From positions 1-64,000 of the IMG/VR virus record IMGVR_UViG_3300005613_000028: 64,000 nucleotides of DNA; one strand, 5' to 3'. Source of the stretch: a virus. Within the stretch, counting starts at the first letter, position 1; every line of letters begins with the position of its first letter. The position numbers and the translations under genes were made by a program. The notes below the pieces were generated by a model. It was given only the letters and a program-made list of their open reading frames with translations. It had not been told where the DNA came from and made no database searches. Of the stretch, positions 38,062 through 47,390 are shown piece by piece.

Positions 38062-38503
38062 TTTTTCTCCTTTTACTTTTCTTTATATATTTAATTTCTA
38101 AAATAGCATATAATAATAGACTTGCTATACCTGCTATTTGATAAAATCCCATTCCTATTATAATTCCTATAGGTACAATAGCAAAAAGAATTGAAGCAGA
38201 GGTTAAACCTTCGATCCCTGTCTTTGTTTTAATAATTAAACCTCGACCTAAAAATCCTATAGCAACTAAGCAATAAGCTGGTATCCTAGCAATATTAATC
38301 CTAGTTAATTCAGATAAACCAGATAAGTTCATTAATTCTAAGTTTAAAATCCCCATTAAAGTTGCCCCCAAGCAAATTAATGTAACTGTGCGTTTACCTC
38401 CATTTTTATCTCTACGTTTACGCTCATCGCCTATAACCATACCTAAAATAACAGCACAGAGTAATTTAATAATTACATCTACATTTAATACAAATTCCAT
38501 CAT
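38048..38503 (-). CDS. MgtC/SapB-family membrane protein
   Basis: 'LLCAVILGMVIGDERKRRDKNGGKRTVTLICLGATLMG' matches the MgtC N-terminal signature (GlERe...aGlRT..lv..G). Four to five TM helices. Confidence 0.6.
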   Translation of the reverse strand: MMEFVLNVDVIIKLLCAVILGMVIGDERKRRDKNGGKRTVTLICLGATLMGILNLELMNLSGLSELTRINIARIPAYCLVAIGFLGRGLIIKTKTGIEGLTSASILFAIVPIGIIIGMGFYQIAGIASLLLYAILEIKYIKKSKRRKNVKK

Positions 38504-38673
38504 TTACCCCTAAAATCAGATTGGAAAGCGATTTTTTTACCAGTTTCATCTTTTGTAATTAAAATATAATTTTCATCTTTATAAATTCCATTATAACATT
38601 GTTTACATCCTTTTCCTTCACATTTATTGCAAGTACCTTCTATAGATTTATCAATTATTTCTAAATTTTTCAT
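38500..38673 (-). CDS. 57-aa protein with a DnaJ CR-type Zn-finger motif (not in ORF track)
   Basis: MKNLEIIDKSIEGTCNKCEGKGCKQCYNGIY... with CxxCxGxG plus CxxC. TAATG and ATGA overlaps with its neighbours. Confidence 0.5.
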   Translation of the reverse strand: MKNLEIIDKSIEGTCNKCEGKGCKQCYNGIYKDENYILITKDETGKKIAFQSDFRGK

Positions 38674-39425
38674 TATATTACTCCTTCTAAAAATGCTTTT
38701 ATAGTATAACTTGGAATTAAAATTGATTTTGAATTATCAAATTGAAATATATCTTTTGCAATTTCTTTAATAAATCCAGCATATATTAGAGCCACTAAAT
38801 AACCATCTTTATCAAATACTCCAGAACCACTACAACCACCTGCACATGGTATATTACCAATCAAACTATTGTTATTTTCTGAATCAATATAATAACCAGA
38901 TAAAGTGCCTTGAGTATAAATATTTTTTAATCCTCTGTATTCTCCAACAGAATAAATATTATCTTGGATACTTGCTGTTTTAATACCTTTAATAGCTCTT
39001 TTATTAGGAATATATCCTACTATTCTAATTAAAGATAAATCATATTTTTCATCATTTTTTATAATTTCAAAAGTATATTCTTTTTCATCTATAACAACAT
39101 TATTTAAATAACCGATTTGCCCAATTCCCTTTGGAGCAACATGTTTATTAGTCAGAATATATGTAAAATCATCTGTAATCTTGATAATTATTCCAGTTCC
39201 AATCCACTCCAAGAAGAAGTTCTGACATTCAATTCTAACTGACATACTTTTTAAATATGTATAAGTTGGTTTACCATTTTGAATAGGGCGGTTCCTATAA
39301 TTTATTATACTAAATATTGATGATATTATTAAACCTATAATTAATGCACTAATTAATAAAGGTATTATCACATAATCATAAAATTTTTTCATTTTTAAAC
39401 CTTTTGTTGTTTTGTAACGTAGCAC
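38673..39425 (-). CDS. membrane-anchored trypsin-like serine protease
   Basis: N-terminal TM 'VIIPLLISALIIGLIISSIFSII'. His block 'ILTNKHVA', Asp 'KYDLSLIRI', Ser block 'GGCSGSGVFD'. Confidence 0.65.
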   Translation of the reverse strand: MLRYKTTKGLKMKKFYDYVIIPLLISALIIGLIISSIFSIINYRNRPIQNGKPTYTYLKSMSVRIECQNFFLEWIGTGIIIKITDDFTYILTNKHVAPKGIGQIGYLNNVVIDEKEYTFEIIKNDEKYDLSLIRIVGYIPNKRAIKGIKTASIQDNIYSVGEYRGLKNIYTQGTLSGYYIDSENNNSLIGNIPCAGGCSGSGVFDKDGYLVALIYAGFIKEIAKDIFQFDNSKSILIPSYTIKAFLEGVI

Positions 39426-39637
39426 TTTACTATATAATTTTCTCGCTGATTCGCTGGTATAGTTAAAATAAGTTCAGCTTTTTTTTGCACTTTCTTCGCT
39501 CTAGCGTAAACGGATTTTAACAAAGAGTTAGTTAATTTAAAATTCTTTTGATTCTTTCTAGCTCTTTTTTGAACAGTTTCAAATTGTGCAAAGGGTTTTA
39601 TATCCGTAATAAATTCTCTCTTAGGTTTTTGTTTCAT
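39395..39637 (-). CDS. basic hypothetical protein (80 aa)
   Basis: ORF in the operon. Confidence 0.45.
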   Translation of the reverse strand: MKQKPKREFITDIKPFAQFETVQKRARKNQKNFKLTNSLLKSVYARAKKVQKKAELILTIPANQRENYIVKCYVTKQQKV

Positions 39638-39863
39638 TGTTCTCCTTTATATCTATTTTTACATTTGATTTAATTACAGGATTTCCAAATGATTGTTTCT
39701 TTTTATATATTTTTTGTTTCCCTGTCTGATTTCGAATATCTAATAAAATTCTTAAACACATATAAATGGCCTTGTAAATTAACATCAATGTACTGGGCTC
39801 TGCCAGCTTCTCAATCTCTGCAGGGCTCAAGATTTCTTGAAAGACATGCTTTTCCCGTATCAT
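39621..39863 (-). CDS. hypothetical protein (80 aa)
   Basis: ORF in the operon. Confidence 0.45.
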   Translation of the reverse strand: MIREKHVFQEILSPAEIEKLAEPSTLMLIYKAIYMCLRILLDIRNQTGKQKIYKKKQSFGNPVIKSNVKIDIKENNETKT

Positions 39864-40555
39864 ATTCTTCCACCTTTTTTTATATTTTCTTCAGCCCATA
39901 AGGGCTGTAAATTAGTATAGTGAAAACATTTCTGTTTCTCTTCTTTTTTACTTAAATCAAACTTACAACATGGTTTAATATGGTCAATATGCCATTCTTG
40001 TTTACCTTTACCGTTGAAACCTCTACCATAATTCTCCCAAGCCATTCCAGGTTTAAATTTAGATTCTAAATACTTCTTTAAAAATTTAATAGAACAACCT
40101 AATAATTTTAAAGTTGATTGAGATTTAACTTTGTGATTTAAAGCCATATATAATCTAGAACGTATATTCTGAGCAATCTTGTGGGAAATGTTATTATTCA
40201 GTAAATTTCTGTGACATAAATATAATTTTTCTTTATTTGCTTGAAAGTATTTCGCCATTCTAGATTTAATTTCTTCCTGATGAGTTATCCTATATCTTAT
40301 ATCGTACTTTTTCTTAGCCTCTTTATGTTTTTGATAATATTTTTTATTATTAGATTTCCTCTCAGCTTTATGTGTCATCTGATATTTTTTATTTTGCTTC
40401 AAAATTTCAGTTTTGTTTTCAGCATAATTACTTTTTCGAATCAATCTGCGACACTCCTTACAAGTATAACTTAAACCATCTTTATTACTAGAATTTTTAT
40501 GAAATTCAGATAAAGGTTTTTCTATTTTACATTTATTACAGGTTTTTATTTTCAT
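39860..40555 (-). CDS. free-standing HNH homing endonuclease
   Basis: N-terminal 'CNKCKIEKPLSEFHKNSSNKDGLSYTCKEC' Zn ribbon, basic K/Y/N repeats, C-terminal 'WHIDHIKPC..NLQPLWAEENIKKG' HNH motif. Confidence 0.8.
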   Translation of the reverse strand: MKIKTCNKCKIEKPLSEFHKNSSNKDGLSYTCKECRRLIRKSNYAENKTEILKQNKKYQMTHKAERKSNNKKYYQKHKEAKKKYDIRYRITHQEEIKSRMAKYFQANKEKLYLCHRNLLNNNISHKIAQNIRSRLYMALNHKVKSQSTLKLLGCSIKFLKKYLESKFKPGMAWENYGRGFNGKGKQEWHIDHIKPCCKFDLSKKEEKQKCFHYTNLQPLWAEENIKKGGRI

Positions 40556-40566
40556 ATTAATATCTT

Positions 40567-40845
40567 TTAATTTAATCCAAATGGATTTTCTTTTTCATCA
40601 TCTAAATAATCAGTTAATTTATTTATATAATTTCCTAATTGAGTCCAATATTCATCTGGAACTAAATTTTTATCTGTTGAAATAAAAGAATGTAAATCAT
40701 ATACATTTTCTACTTCCGTAATTTGAATATGAGAAAGTTCTGGGTTAATTCTTGGCAATAAATTAAGTAATTCTATATAATTAAAACAATAAACTTGTTT
40801 TTCTTCTTTGGTTTCTTTGTTTGTAACAATAATTAAATAAGTCAT
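40567..40845 (-). CDS. hypothetical acidic protein (92 aa), first gene after promoter P2
   Basis: AAGGAG 4 nt upstream of the ATG. Confidence 0.55.
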   Translation of the reverse strand: MTYLIIVTNKETKEEKQVYCFNYIELLNLLPRINPELSHIQITEVENVYDLHSFISTDKNLVPDEYWTQLGNYINKLTDYLDDEKENPFGLN

Positions 40846-40861
40846 AAGACTCCTTTATATA

Positions 40862-40890
40862 AGTATAACATATTTATTTAGAGGTGTCAA
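40862..40890 (-). promoter_or_regulatory. sigma70-type promoter P2
   Basis: - strand reads TTGACACCTCTAAATAAATATGTTATACT. -35 at 40890-40885 lies inside the last codons of the polymerase gene, -10 at 40867-40862. Confidence 0.75.
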
Positions 40891-43213
40891 GCCAGTCCAT
40901 TGCAGTATAGACTACATCTACCTTATTTTGGATATTCCTCTCAATTACCTTCTCCCACCAAATTGGTCTAAGTAACTCTTGATTATATTCATCAAAAGCC
41001 TGAACATCTTTTGCCTTTTTCTTCTTACTTATTCTTTTCTTCTGTTTAATTTCTCCAGTTTCTACTAAATAATCAACAGAACAACTTACATCTTTACTTT
41101 TATAACACATTTCCTCAAGTTTCTTTTTACTTAATTTTTCTTTCTTAATAGTTCCTTCTCTTTTCCCTGGAACTTCTTTATAATAATCTATTACTTCTTT
41201 TTCCTCATAATAATATTCTGGTTCTATATATATAAAATAAAAATCATCTCCTAAACTTCTTTCAAAATTAGGGGTTTCTAACATTGCTCTTAATCCAATA
41301 GGAATAGATTTATAAGATTCTTCTGATTTGTTATATCTAAAAGTCCAAGCAATATCAAGTAAAGGAGCTTTTTTAATTTCTTCTTTCTGTAATTTAATCC
41401 ATTTATCAATTTCTTCTTTAGAAGCCCCATCTTCTACTTTATTAAATAACTCTAATTGAAATTTCTTAGTAAATTTGCTGGTTCCTTTTCTTTTAACTTC
41501 TATTCCCTTTGTAATTTCTTCTAACCCTGCTTGAGTTCTAAGCCAACCATGATAATGACAATTTCCTGTAATTAACATTTTTTCAAATGTACCTTCTTTA
41601 TCAAAAATAATTCTACTCTTTTTTCCAAATCTATTAAAAGACCATTCTTGGATTAAACAATTTAAATAATCTGTTAAATCTTCTCCATCATTTTGAACAA
41701 AAATAGCGTCTGTATCTATTTGAACAATGTCATGACCTTTTTCTTTTAAATTATCTTCTACAAAATGAAGCAAATCACGCACACAAGCAGTAATCATACT
41801 TGCAATGCGAGCATCATACATTCTAAAATATTCATTCCCAAGGGCTCCCCATGAGCTGAGTGAAATTGCTTTTACTGCATTATACCTTTCTAAAATATCT
41901 TCATACTCGTCGGAAGAAGGGTCAGTTGATTTAACTAATTTTTTATATTCATTTTTTTCTTCAACTAATTTCTTAACCATTTGAGGAAGAATAGTATTTT
42001 CATCTTGCTTCACATGATAAGTAGCAATTATATCTCGTGAAATTCTATCTGTAACATTAACTGGAATAGTTTCAGGCGTAGGAGATTCTAAAATATTTGC
42101 TGAATCTAAACACAAATCAATAATAGTATAAAGATAAGCACCACTTAAATCATACTCATCAACATTAGTAAATCTTCCTAATTTTCTAACTACCCTAAAA
42201 GCCCCTTGAAATTCTGTTTTATTTCGTTTTTTAGATTTATTTGGTAGAATTTTCTTTTGTACTTGCCCTTCTTGAAATGCTAAACCTTCCATTAATCTCA
42301 TTGGCATAGTTAAATCTTCCCATTCTACTTTTGCCATTCTTCTCATAGAATCAAATAAAGGAATCATTTGTTTCTTTTTTTCAAGTTCTACCATACCTTT
42401 AACATCTTCTAAGTTTCTTTCTTTAATTTCTGGAGAAAGTTTGGAAAAATCAGGTTTCTTAATTTTCTTTCCATAACCTAAATGTTTTTGCATTAGAGAG
42501 TCTAAAGCGTAAGATTCTTCTTTATTATTAGTTAAGGTTTTCCACCAATCAATTGTGTCAATTATTGAAATTCCTTGAGGATAAGGAAGCATACTACTTT
42601 TATCTAAAGTTCTTCTCCCGTATCTTTCTTCTCCGACTGGAGAAATTCTTTTTGCGAAATCTGGTATTCTGTAACTAAGAAAGGGGAAATCAAATTGACT
42701 TTGATTATGTGCTAATAAAATATCTGGTGTATTCTCTCTAATAAATTTAATAATCTCTTCTATCATCTTATATTCTGAATCATAATCGCCTAAATACCAT
42801 TGCTTATATTCATCTAAAAAATTGTCGTATATAGTGAAACATGAGATAGGATCTTCTGCCGACTTAGTTTCTAAAGGTCTAGGTAATTGTTTAGATAGAG
42901 TTTCAATATCATACATTTGCCATCTTATTTTAGTCTTCTCTATTTCTGGTACTTTGTCAATAAGATAACGCTGTGTAGGTCTAAGGTCAGATTCAAAAGC
43001 CTCTTGAGAAGCTAATTTTTTTACATCCCAATAATTATCAGCAAAGAGTTTTGTAAGTTTAATGTGATTGTAAGAAGTGTAATCTCCATTCTGGTCTTTT
43101 TCAAACCAATATGAGAGAAATTTATTATCAGATTCTATTTTTAGTTTTCCTTCAGAATCTCTGATAAAAAGATTTATTTTGTTGAAATGATTTGAAATAT
43201 TTACTAACTGCAT
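40874..43213 (-). CDS. family B DNA polymerase with 3'-5' exonuclease domain
   Basis: Exo I 'MYDIETL', Exo II 'HNQSQFDFPFL', Exo III 'YALDSL', Pol A 'DLSGAYLYTI', Pol B 'KAISLSSWGALG', Pol C 'QIDTDAIFV'. Confidence 0.9.
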   Translation of the reverse strand: MQLVNISNHFNKINLFIRDSEGKLKIESDNKFLSYWFEKDQNGDYTSYNHIKLTKLFADNYWDVKKLASQEAFESDLRPTQRYLIDKVPEIEKTKIRWQMYDIETLSKQLPRPLETKSAEDPISCFTIYDNFLDEYKQWYLGDYDSEYKMIEEIIKFIRENTPDILLAHNQSQFDFPFLSYRIPDFAKRISPVGEERYGRRTLDKSSMLPYPQGISIIDTIDWWKTLTNNKEESYALDSLMQKHLGYGKKIKKPDFSKLSPEIKERNLEDVKGMVELEKKKQMIPLFDSMRRMAKVEWEDLTMPMRLMEGLAFQEGQVQKKILPNKSKKRNKTEFQGAFRVVRKLGRFTNVDEYDLSGAYLYTIIDLCLDSANILESPTPETIPVNVTDRISRDIIATYHVKQDENTILPQMVKKLVEEKNEYKKLVKSTDPSSDEYEDILERYNAVKAISLSSWGALGNEYFRMYDARIASMITACVRDLLHFVEDNLKEKGHDIVQIDTDAIFVQNDGEDLTDYLNCLIQEWSFNRFGKKSRIIFDKEGTFEKMLITGNCHYHGWLRTQAGLEEITKGIEVKRKGTSKFTKKFQLELFNKVEDGASKEEIDKWIKLQKEEIKKAPLLDIAWTFRYNKSEESYKSIPIGLRAMLETPNFERSLGDDFYFIYIEPEYYYEEKEVIDYYKEVPGKREGTIKKEKLSKKKLEEMCYKSKDVSCSVDYLVETGEIKQKKRISKKKKAKDVQAFDEYNQELLRPIWWEKVIERNIQNKVDVVYTAMDWLDTSK

Positions 43214-43845
43214 TGGTTTAACCTTTTTTCTGCAATATTATAATACAATTCATCCATTTCTGTCCCAAAATAATTATATCCTAATTTCTTAGCAACCACT
43301 AAAGTAGTTCCACTTCCTACAAATGGATCCAAAATGGTTGTATCTTTGTTAGCAGTAGTTAAAATAATATTTTCTATAATTTTCTCTGGAATTTGACATG
43401 GATGAGCAGTTTTTTCTTTACTGACATTTTTGACCTGCTGATATTCCCACCAATCATATATTTTAGCTCCTGTTTTTCCAGTTAATTTCATATAAGCTTG
43501 AATTCTTTTATCATTTGGATTTTTATATGGTTGTGTAACTTTCCTAAAATCTGGTTTACATCCCCACCAACTAATTAATCTTGATTGTTTTGCTGTATTA
43601 GAATTATAAACCCAAGAAACTACTTGATCTACTCTGCCAAAAATTTTAGGTAATAAATTAATAGTCTCTTCAGGGTAATGAATAATAACACATGGAGGTT
43701 TAATTACTGAAAGTAATTTTAAATATTCAGATTCTTTTAATTTATCTTTATAAGAATTATATTTATAATTTTGATTGTACGGAGGATCAGTAATCATTAA
43801 TCCATCTGGAAATTTAATATTTTCAGCTTTATTATGTACTAACAT
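43204..43845 (-). CDS. orphan DNA methyltransferase (beta-class N6A/N4C, DPPY)
   Basis: 'LMITDPPYNQ' (motif IV) lies N-terminal to 'ILDPFVGSGTT' (motif I). No adjacent restriction endonuclease. Confidence 0.85.
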   Translation of the reverse strand: MLVHNKAENIKFPDGLMITDPPYNQNYKYNSYKDKLKESEYLKLLSVIKPPCVIIHYPEETINLLPKIFGRVDQVVSWVYNSNTAKQSRLISWWGCKPDFRKVTQPYKNPNDKRIQAYMKLTGKTGAKIYDWWEYQQVKNVSKEKTAHPCQIPEKIIENIILTTANKDTTILDPFVGSGTTLVVAKKLGYNYFGTEMDELYYNIAEKRLNQCS

Positions 43846-44018
43846 TTCTTCCCCTGTTCATATTTCCAAGTTTTCCATTCTGCTAAAGTTATATGCGGTT
43901 TAACTCTTTTCTTCACTTCTTCATAATCAAATCTATATTCTTCTGGAATTTTAGCCATAATCTTTCTTACTATTTCTTTCTGCCTTTCTAAACATTTTTG
44001 ATTTCGGCATCGAGGCAA
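43839..44018 (-). CDS. 59-aa hypothetical protein (not in ORF track)
   Basis: TTG 44018 lies 7 nt after AGGAG. ..PRCRNQKCLERQKEIVRKIMAKIPEEYRFDYEE... Overlaps the MTase start. An alternative start is the internal ATG. Confidence 0.35.
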   Translation of the reverse strand: MPRCRNQKCLERQKEIVRKIMAKIPEEYRFDYEEVKKRVKPHITLAEWKTWKYEQGKKC

Positions 44019-44020
44019 AA

Positions 44021-44464
44021 TTACTCTCCTTCATTATGTGCTTGTGTTCTTTCTTTTTTCTTTAATCTCGACTGCATAGCCCCTAATGCCCTATCAGCAC
44101 TCTTAGTATATGCTCTAAATATGTTCCTAACCCTTCTAAGTTCTTGAACCTCATGACTTACTTCTGCATCTACTTTAGACATTGTAACTTTCTTATCTCC
44201 AGCCTCACTAATCTTTTGAAAAGTTAATCTTCCTTCTTCTTTTTTCTTATAAGTATCTGCTATCTCTGCTACAATTTCACATCTATTAGCTAAACCTGAA
44301 AGAGTTCCTAAAAGTTCATCTATTTCTTCATAAGAATTTATAGTTCCTGTTTTTAATTTTTCTGAAATTGCGTCAATTTTTTGAAAGTCTTCAGAATAAG
44401 ATTCAAGTAAATCATTCATACTTTCTTGTGAAGCAAAATAATTTTCGATTGTGTTATAACTCAT
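44021..44464 (-). CDS. hypothetical coiled-coil protein (147 aa)
   Basis: ORF in the operon. Confidence 0.55.
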   Translation of the reverse strand: MSYNTIENYFASQESMNDLLESYSEDFQKIDAISEKLKTGTINSYEEIDELLGTLSGLANRCEIVAEIADTYKKKEEGRLTFQKISEAGDKKVTMSKVDAEVSHEVQELRRVRNIFRAYTKSADRALGAMQSRLKKKERTQAHNEGE

Positions 44465-44720
44465 TTTTAATCTCCTTTTCTAATTCTTTAATTCTATGGT
44501 CTAACCAACTTAAATCTACTGGTAAACCTGAATGATAACTGGCTAATGCTATTTTTCCCTTAATAATTTCCAATTCTGTTTGAACTGTTTTTAAAATTTG
44601 TAAAGTAGATTCTTCTAAAGAAAGTTGTTCAATAATATAAGTTCTATCTAAATCCCCAACTTGAGCTCTACATAACTCTTCTAAAATATTTTTAATTTCT
44701 TTTTTCATTATATCTTCCAA
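44454..44720 (-). CDS. hypothetical protein (88 aa)
   Basis: ORF in the operon. Confidence 0.5.
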   Translation of the reverse strand: MEDIMKKEIKNILEELCRAQVGDLDRTYIIEQLSLEESTLQILKTVQTELEIIKGKIALASYHSGLPVDLSWLDHRIKELEKEIKNEL

Positions 44721-45070
44721 TTTTGGTTAGCTAGTTTTTCTCTCCAATCATTATGAACACTATAACAAGAATGAGTTTTTTGAACGCAATGAACATTTCT
44801 ATAAATATTATCCATTATTTTTTGAACATTTTTTAAGTTTTGTTTATCACTGTTTTCATATACTAAACAAAGTTTTTCAGTGTATTCTAAGGCTTTATCT
44901 TTTAATTCATTTTGTTTTTCAATAACTCCACAAGCTCTAGCTAAATATAATGAAAAAATAGCCCACCCTTTTTGTTGAGGAATTGTTTCATCTCTAGCAA
45001 CTAAACCATCATAAATTTGATTCATCAGTTTACTAGGTAAACCATTATAAATTCTTTTTCCTCTATCCAT
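44708..45070 (-). CDS. hypothetical protein (120 aa)
   Basis: ORF in the operon. Confidence 0.5.
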   Translation of the reverse strand: MDRGKRIYNGLPSKLMNQIYDGLVARDETIPQQKGWAIFSLYLARACGVIEKQNELKDKALEYTEKLCLVYENSDKQNLKNVQKIMDNIYRNVHCVQKTHSCYSVHNDWREKLANQNWKI

Positions 45071-46261
45071 TTATTTCTTCTCCTTAGATTTTCTTGGCCG
45101 ACCTCTCTTCTTTTTCTTAGGTTTTTCAGTTTCAATTAATTTTTCTTCTCCTCTACTTAAATCTTCGTCTTTAGCATTACAATAATTTTCAGCTAATTCT
45201 TTACATGCTTTATCATCTTTAGCTAAAATTTTACAAGTTTCTTTAACTGATTCTTTACTTAACATTTGTAAAATCTTCTCCTTCTCTTCTTCAGTACCAA
45301 CAATTTTTTCTTCTATTTCTTTTTCTTCAGGAACAACAAAACCAGAATCAAAATAAAAAGGAATTTTAATTTCACTTCCTTCAACTTTACTTTTAGAAGA
45401 TTTTGTTTTTTCTAATTTTAATACAGTTGAAAATCCAATAGATTCTTTCTTTGTTTGTTTGTGCATTTTTCCATCAGGGTCTAAGAAGATTTCTTTCCAT
45501 TTTCCTTGAGGAGCATCAGCTTTTTGTCCTGGTCTAATATAAATAATTTTATGTGCAAAATGGATCAAAGCCTTTCCACCACTTAATCCATCATAAGTGA
45601 AGAAAGAGCCAATCCCGTGTGTTCTCACTTGACCTATCATTAAGACAGCTACTTTTCCTTTAAAAATTGGAGTAGAACATCGTCTAAAGAAAGCTCCTAA
45701 TTGTCTTGCCAATAATGCCATAGTTTCATCTGCTAAACTTTTTTCTTTTCCCTTCTTAGTTTCTTGCTCCCCTCTAGGCGACATTCCTTGAACTGAGTCA
45801 AGTACAATAAAATCTATTACTTGTTCTTTAGCCAAAGAAATCATAATATCCATAGCTTGTTCTGCATCATCAATTTCATTAATCAAAATTAATTCCTCTA
45901 AATTAACACCAAGCTGTGTGGCTCTCATTATATCGAAGGAGTGTTCAAGATCAATAAGACAACAAATCTTTCCTTCTTTCTGATTTTGTGCTATTGTTTG
46001 TAGTGCTAAAGTGGTCTTACCTGAACTCTTAACTCCATACACGACGGAAAAATTACCTTTAGTAAAACCTCCAGTTAATCCATCTATTTCGGAAATACCA
46101 GTAGAAATAGTTTCTTTCTCTAATTCAGAATCTCCCATTTTTAAAAGATTAGGGTTCTTAAATTTCTTATTCAGAGATTTCATTACTTCTTTTAATTTTG
46201 CTTTTCTTTCGCTACTACTTTTATAACCATCACTAGATAATCTTTCAGTTTCTTGCCCCAT
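45071..46261 (-). CDS. recA: RecA recombinase with a long charged C-terminal tail ending in an AT-hook
   Basis: 'GGFTKGNFSVVYGVKSSGKTTLALQTIAQNQKEG' (Walker A), 'FIVLDSVQGMSP' (Walker B), 'ARQLGAFFRR'. C-terminal 'KKKKRGRPRKSKEKK'. Confidence 0.85.
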   Translation of the reverse strand: MGQETERLSSDGYKSSSERKAKLKEVMKSLNKKFKNPNLLKMGDSELEKETISTGISEIDGLTGGFTKGNFSVVYGVKSSGKTTLALQTIAQNQKEGKICCLIDLEHSFDIMRATQLGVNLEELILINEIDDAEQAMDIMISLAKEQVIDFIVLDSVQGMSPRGEQETKKGKEKSLADETMALLARQLGAFFRRCSTPIFKGKVAVLMIGQVRTHGIGSFFTYDGLSGGKALIHFAHKIIYIRPGQKADAPQGKWKEIFLDPDGKMHKQTKKESIGFSTVLKLEKTKSSKSKVEGSEIKIPFYFDSGFVVPEEKEIEEKIVGTEEEKEKILQMLSKESVKETCKILAKDDKACKELAENYCNAKDEDLSRGEEKLIETEKPKKKKRGRPRKSKEKK

Positions 46262-46263
46262 AA

Positions 46264-46902
46264 TTAAATCTCCAATTCAATAGGTTTATTTACTAAGTTA
46301 TAATAACCATCCATAAGAGAACAATTAATATAAGTTGTATGTTCGTCTTGATAAATGCCCATCGACTCATGTATATGCCCACATACTACTAATTTAGGTT
46401 TAATTTCTTTTATTCTATCCTTTAAAGCTATACTTCCTGTATTTTCTTTAAAAGTGCCATTCGCATAATACACTTGGTCTAAAATCCCATGAGGGGGAGC
46501 GTGAGAAATAATAATATCTGTATTATCAGGAATCTTAGAATAAATTTTAGCAAGTTCAATTTCAGGTTTCATGAACGCCCAATCATTGAAAGGTGTACTA
46601 AAAGGAGAGCCCCAAATCTTTAATCCCTCAATTTCAATTGAATTATTAAAAAGATAAGTGCAACAATTTAGAATATCACAAATAGAATGATAATTTAATT
46701 TCTCTAATTGAAAATCGTGGTTGCCACCTATTGCTACGATATGAGTTGCTTTTTCTTTCCATTTATAAAAAACAGCATTTAATTGTTCTAAATGATCTAA
46801 AGTTCTAATATCATAATCACCAGCACAAAACAAAATATCACATTCTGGTATTTCAATATTATTTTCTTCCATATGAGAATCTGCTAAACAACAAATTTTC
46901 AT
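46264..46902 (-). CDS. calcineurin-like metallophosphoesterase (candidate RNA/DNA 3'-end phosphatase)
   Basis: 'CCLADSHME', 'FCAGDYD', 'IGGNHD', 'IISHAPP' and 'VCGHIHE'. Start overlaps the stop of the kinase gene. Confidence 0.7.
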   Translation of the reverse strand: MKICCLADSHMEENNIEIPECDILFCAGDYDIRTLDHLEQLNAVFYKWKEKATHIVAIGGNHDFQLEKLNYHSICDILNCCTYLFNNSIEIEGLKIWGSPFSTPFNDWAFMKPEIELAKIYSKIPDNTDIIISHAPPHGILDQVYYANGTFKENTGSIALKDRIKEIKPKLVVCGHIHESMGIYQDEHTTYINCSLMDGYYNLVNKPIELEI

Positions 46903-47390
46903 TATTTCACCTTTATTATTCTGTTAATCCCTTCTTCTAAAGTGGGAATTTCATATATTTTATCAAATCTTTCCCAAACTTCTTCCCAAATTTTTCTATC
47001 AGGTTGACCATGAGGATTTTTTAACCTTCTATTAACACTTTCTTTTTTACTTAATCTTGGTAAAATAACAGCCAATACTTTATATCCATATTTTTTAGCT
47101 AATTTAATAGTAGGTTCTCTTAATTTTTTATTTACATTAACCTCATCATAAACAATATCAATTCCATCTTTTAAAAATTCTTCTAATAATGCTAGAGTAC
47201 CTTTTTTAATAGTAGGCTCTAAATCAATGTTAAATATATAATCTCCAGCCCCTACCATGTAACGGATAGCATCTCTGGAAATAATTCTATAACCAGCTTT
47301 AGCCCATTTTTTAGCTAAAGTAGACTTTCCCGAAGCTATATTTCCTGTTAACAAAATTAAAGTTTTCATTTTTTCCTCATACAGGTACAT
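46902..47390 (-). CDS. P-loop polynucleotide kinase-like protein
   Basis: 'LILLTGNIASGKSTLAKKW..IISRDAIR' parallels the T4 Pnk kinase domain (GxPGSGKST..NRDDxR). The likely true start is ATG 47369 (GAGG upstream, ATGA coupling). Confidence 0.65.
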   Translation of the reverse strand: MYLYEEKMKTLILLTGNIASGKSTLAKKWAKAGYRIISRDAIRYMVGAGDYIFNIDLEPTIKKGTLALLEEFLKDGIDIVYDEVNVNKKLREPTIKLAKKYGYKVLAVILPRLSKKESVNRRLKNPHGQPDRKIWEEVWERFDKIYEIPTLEEGINRIIKVK

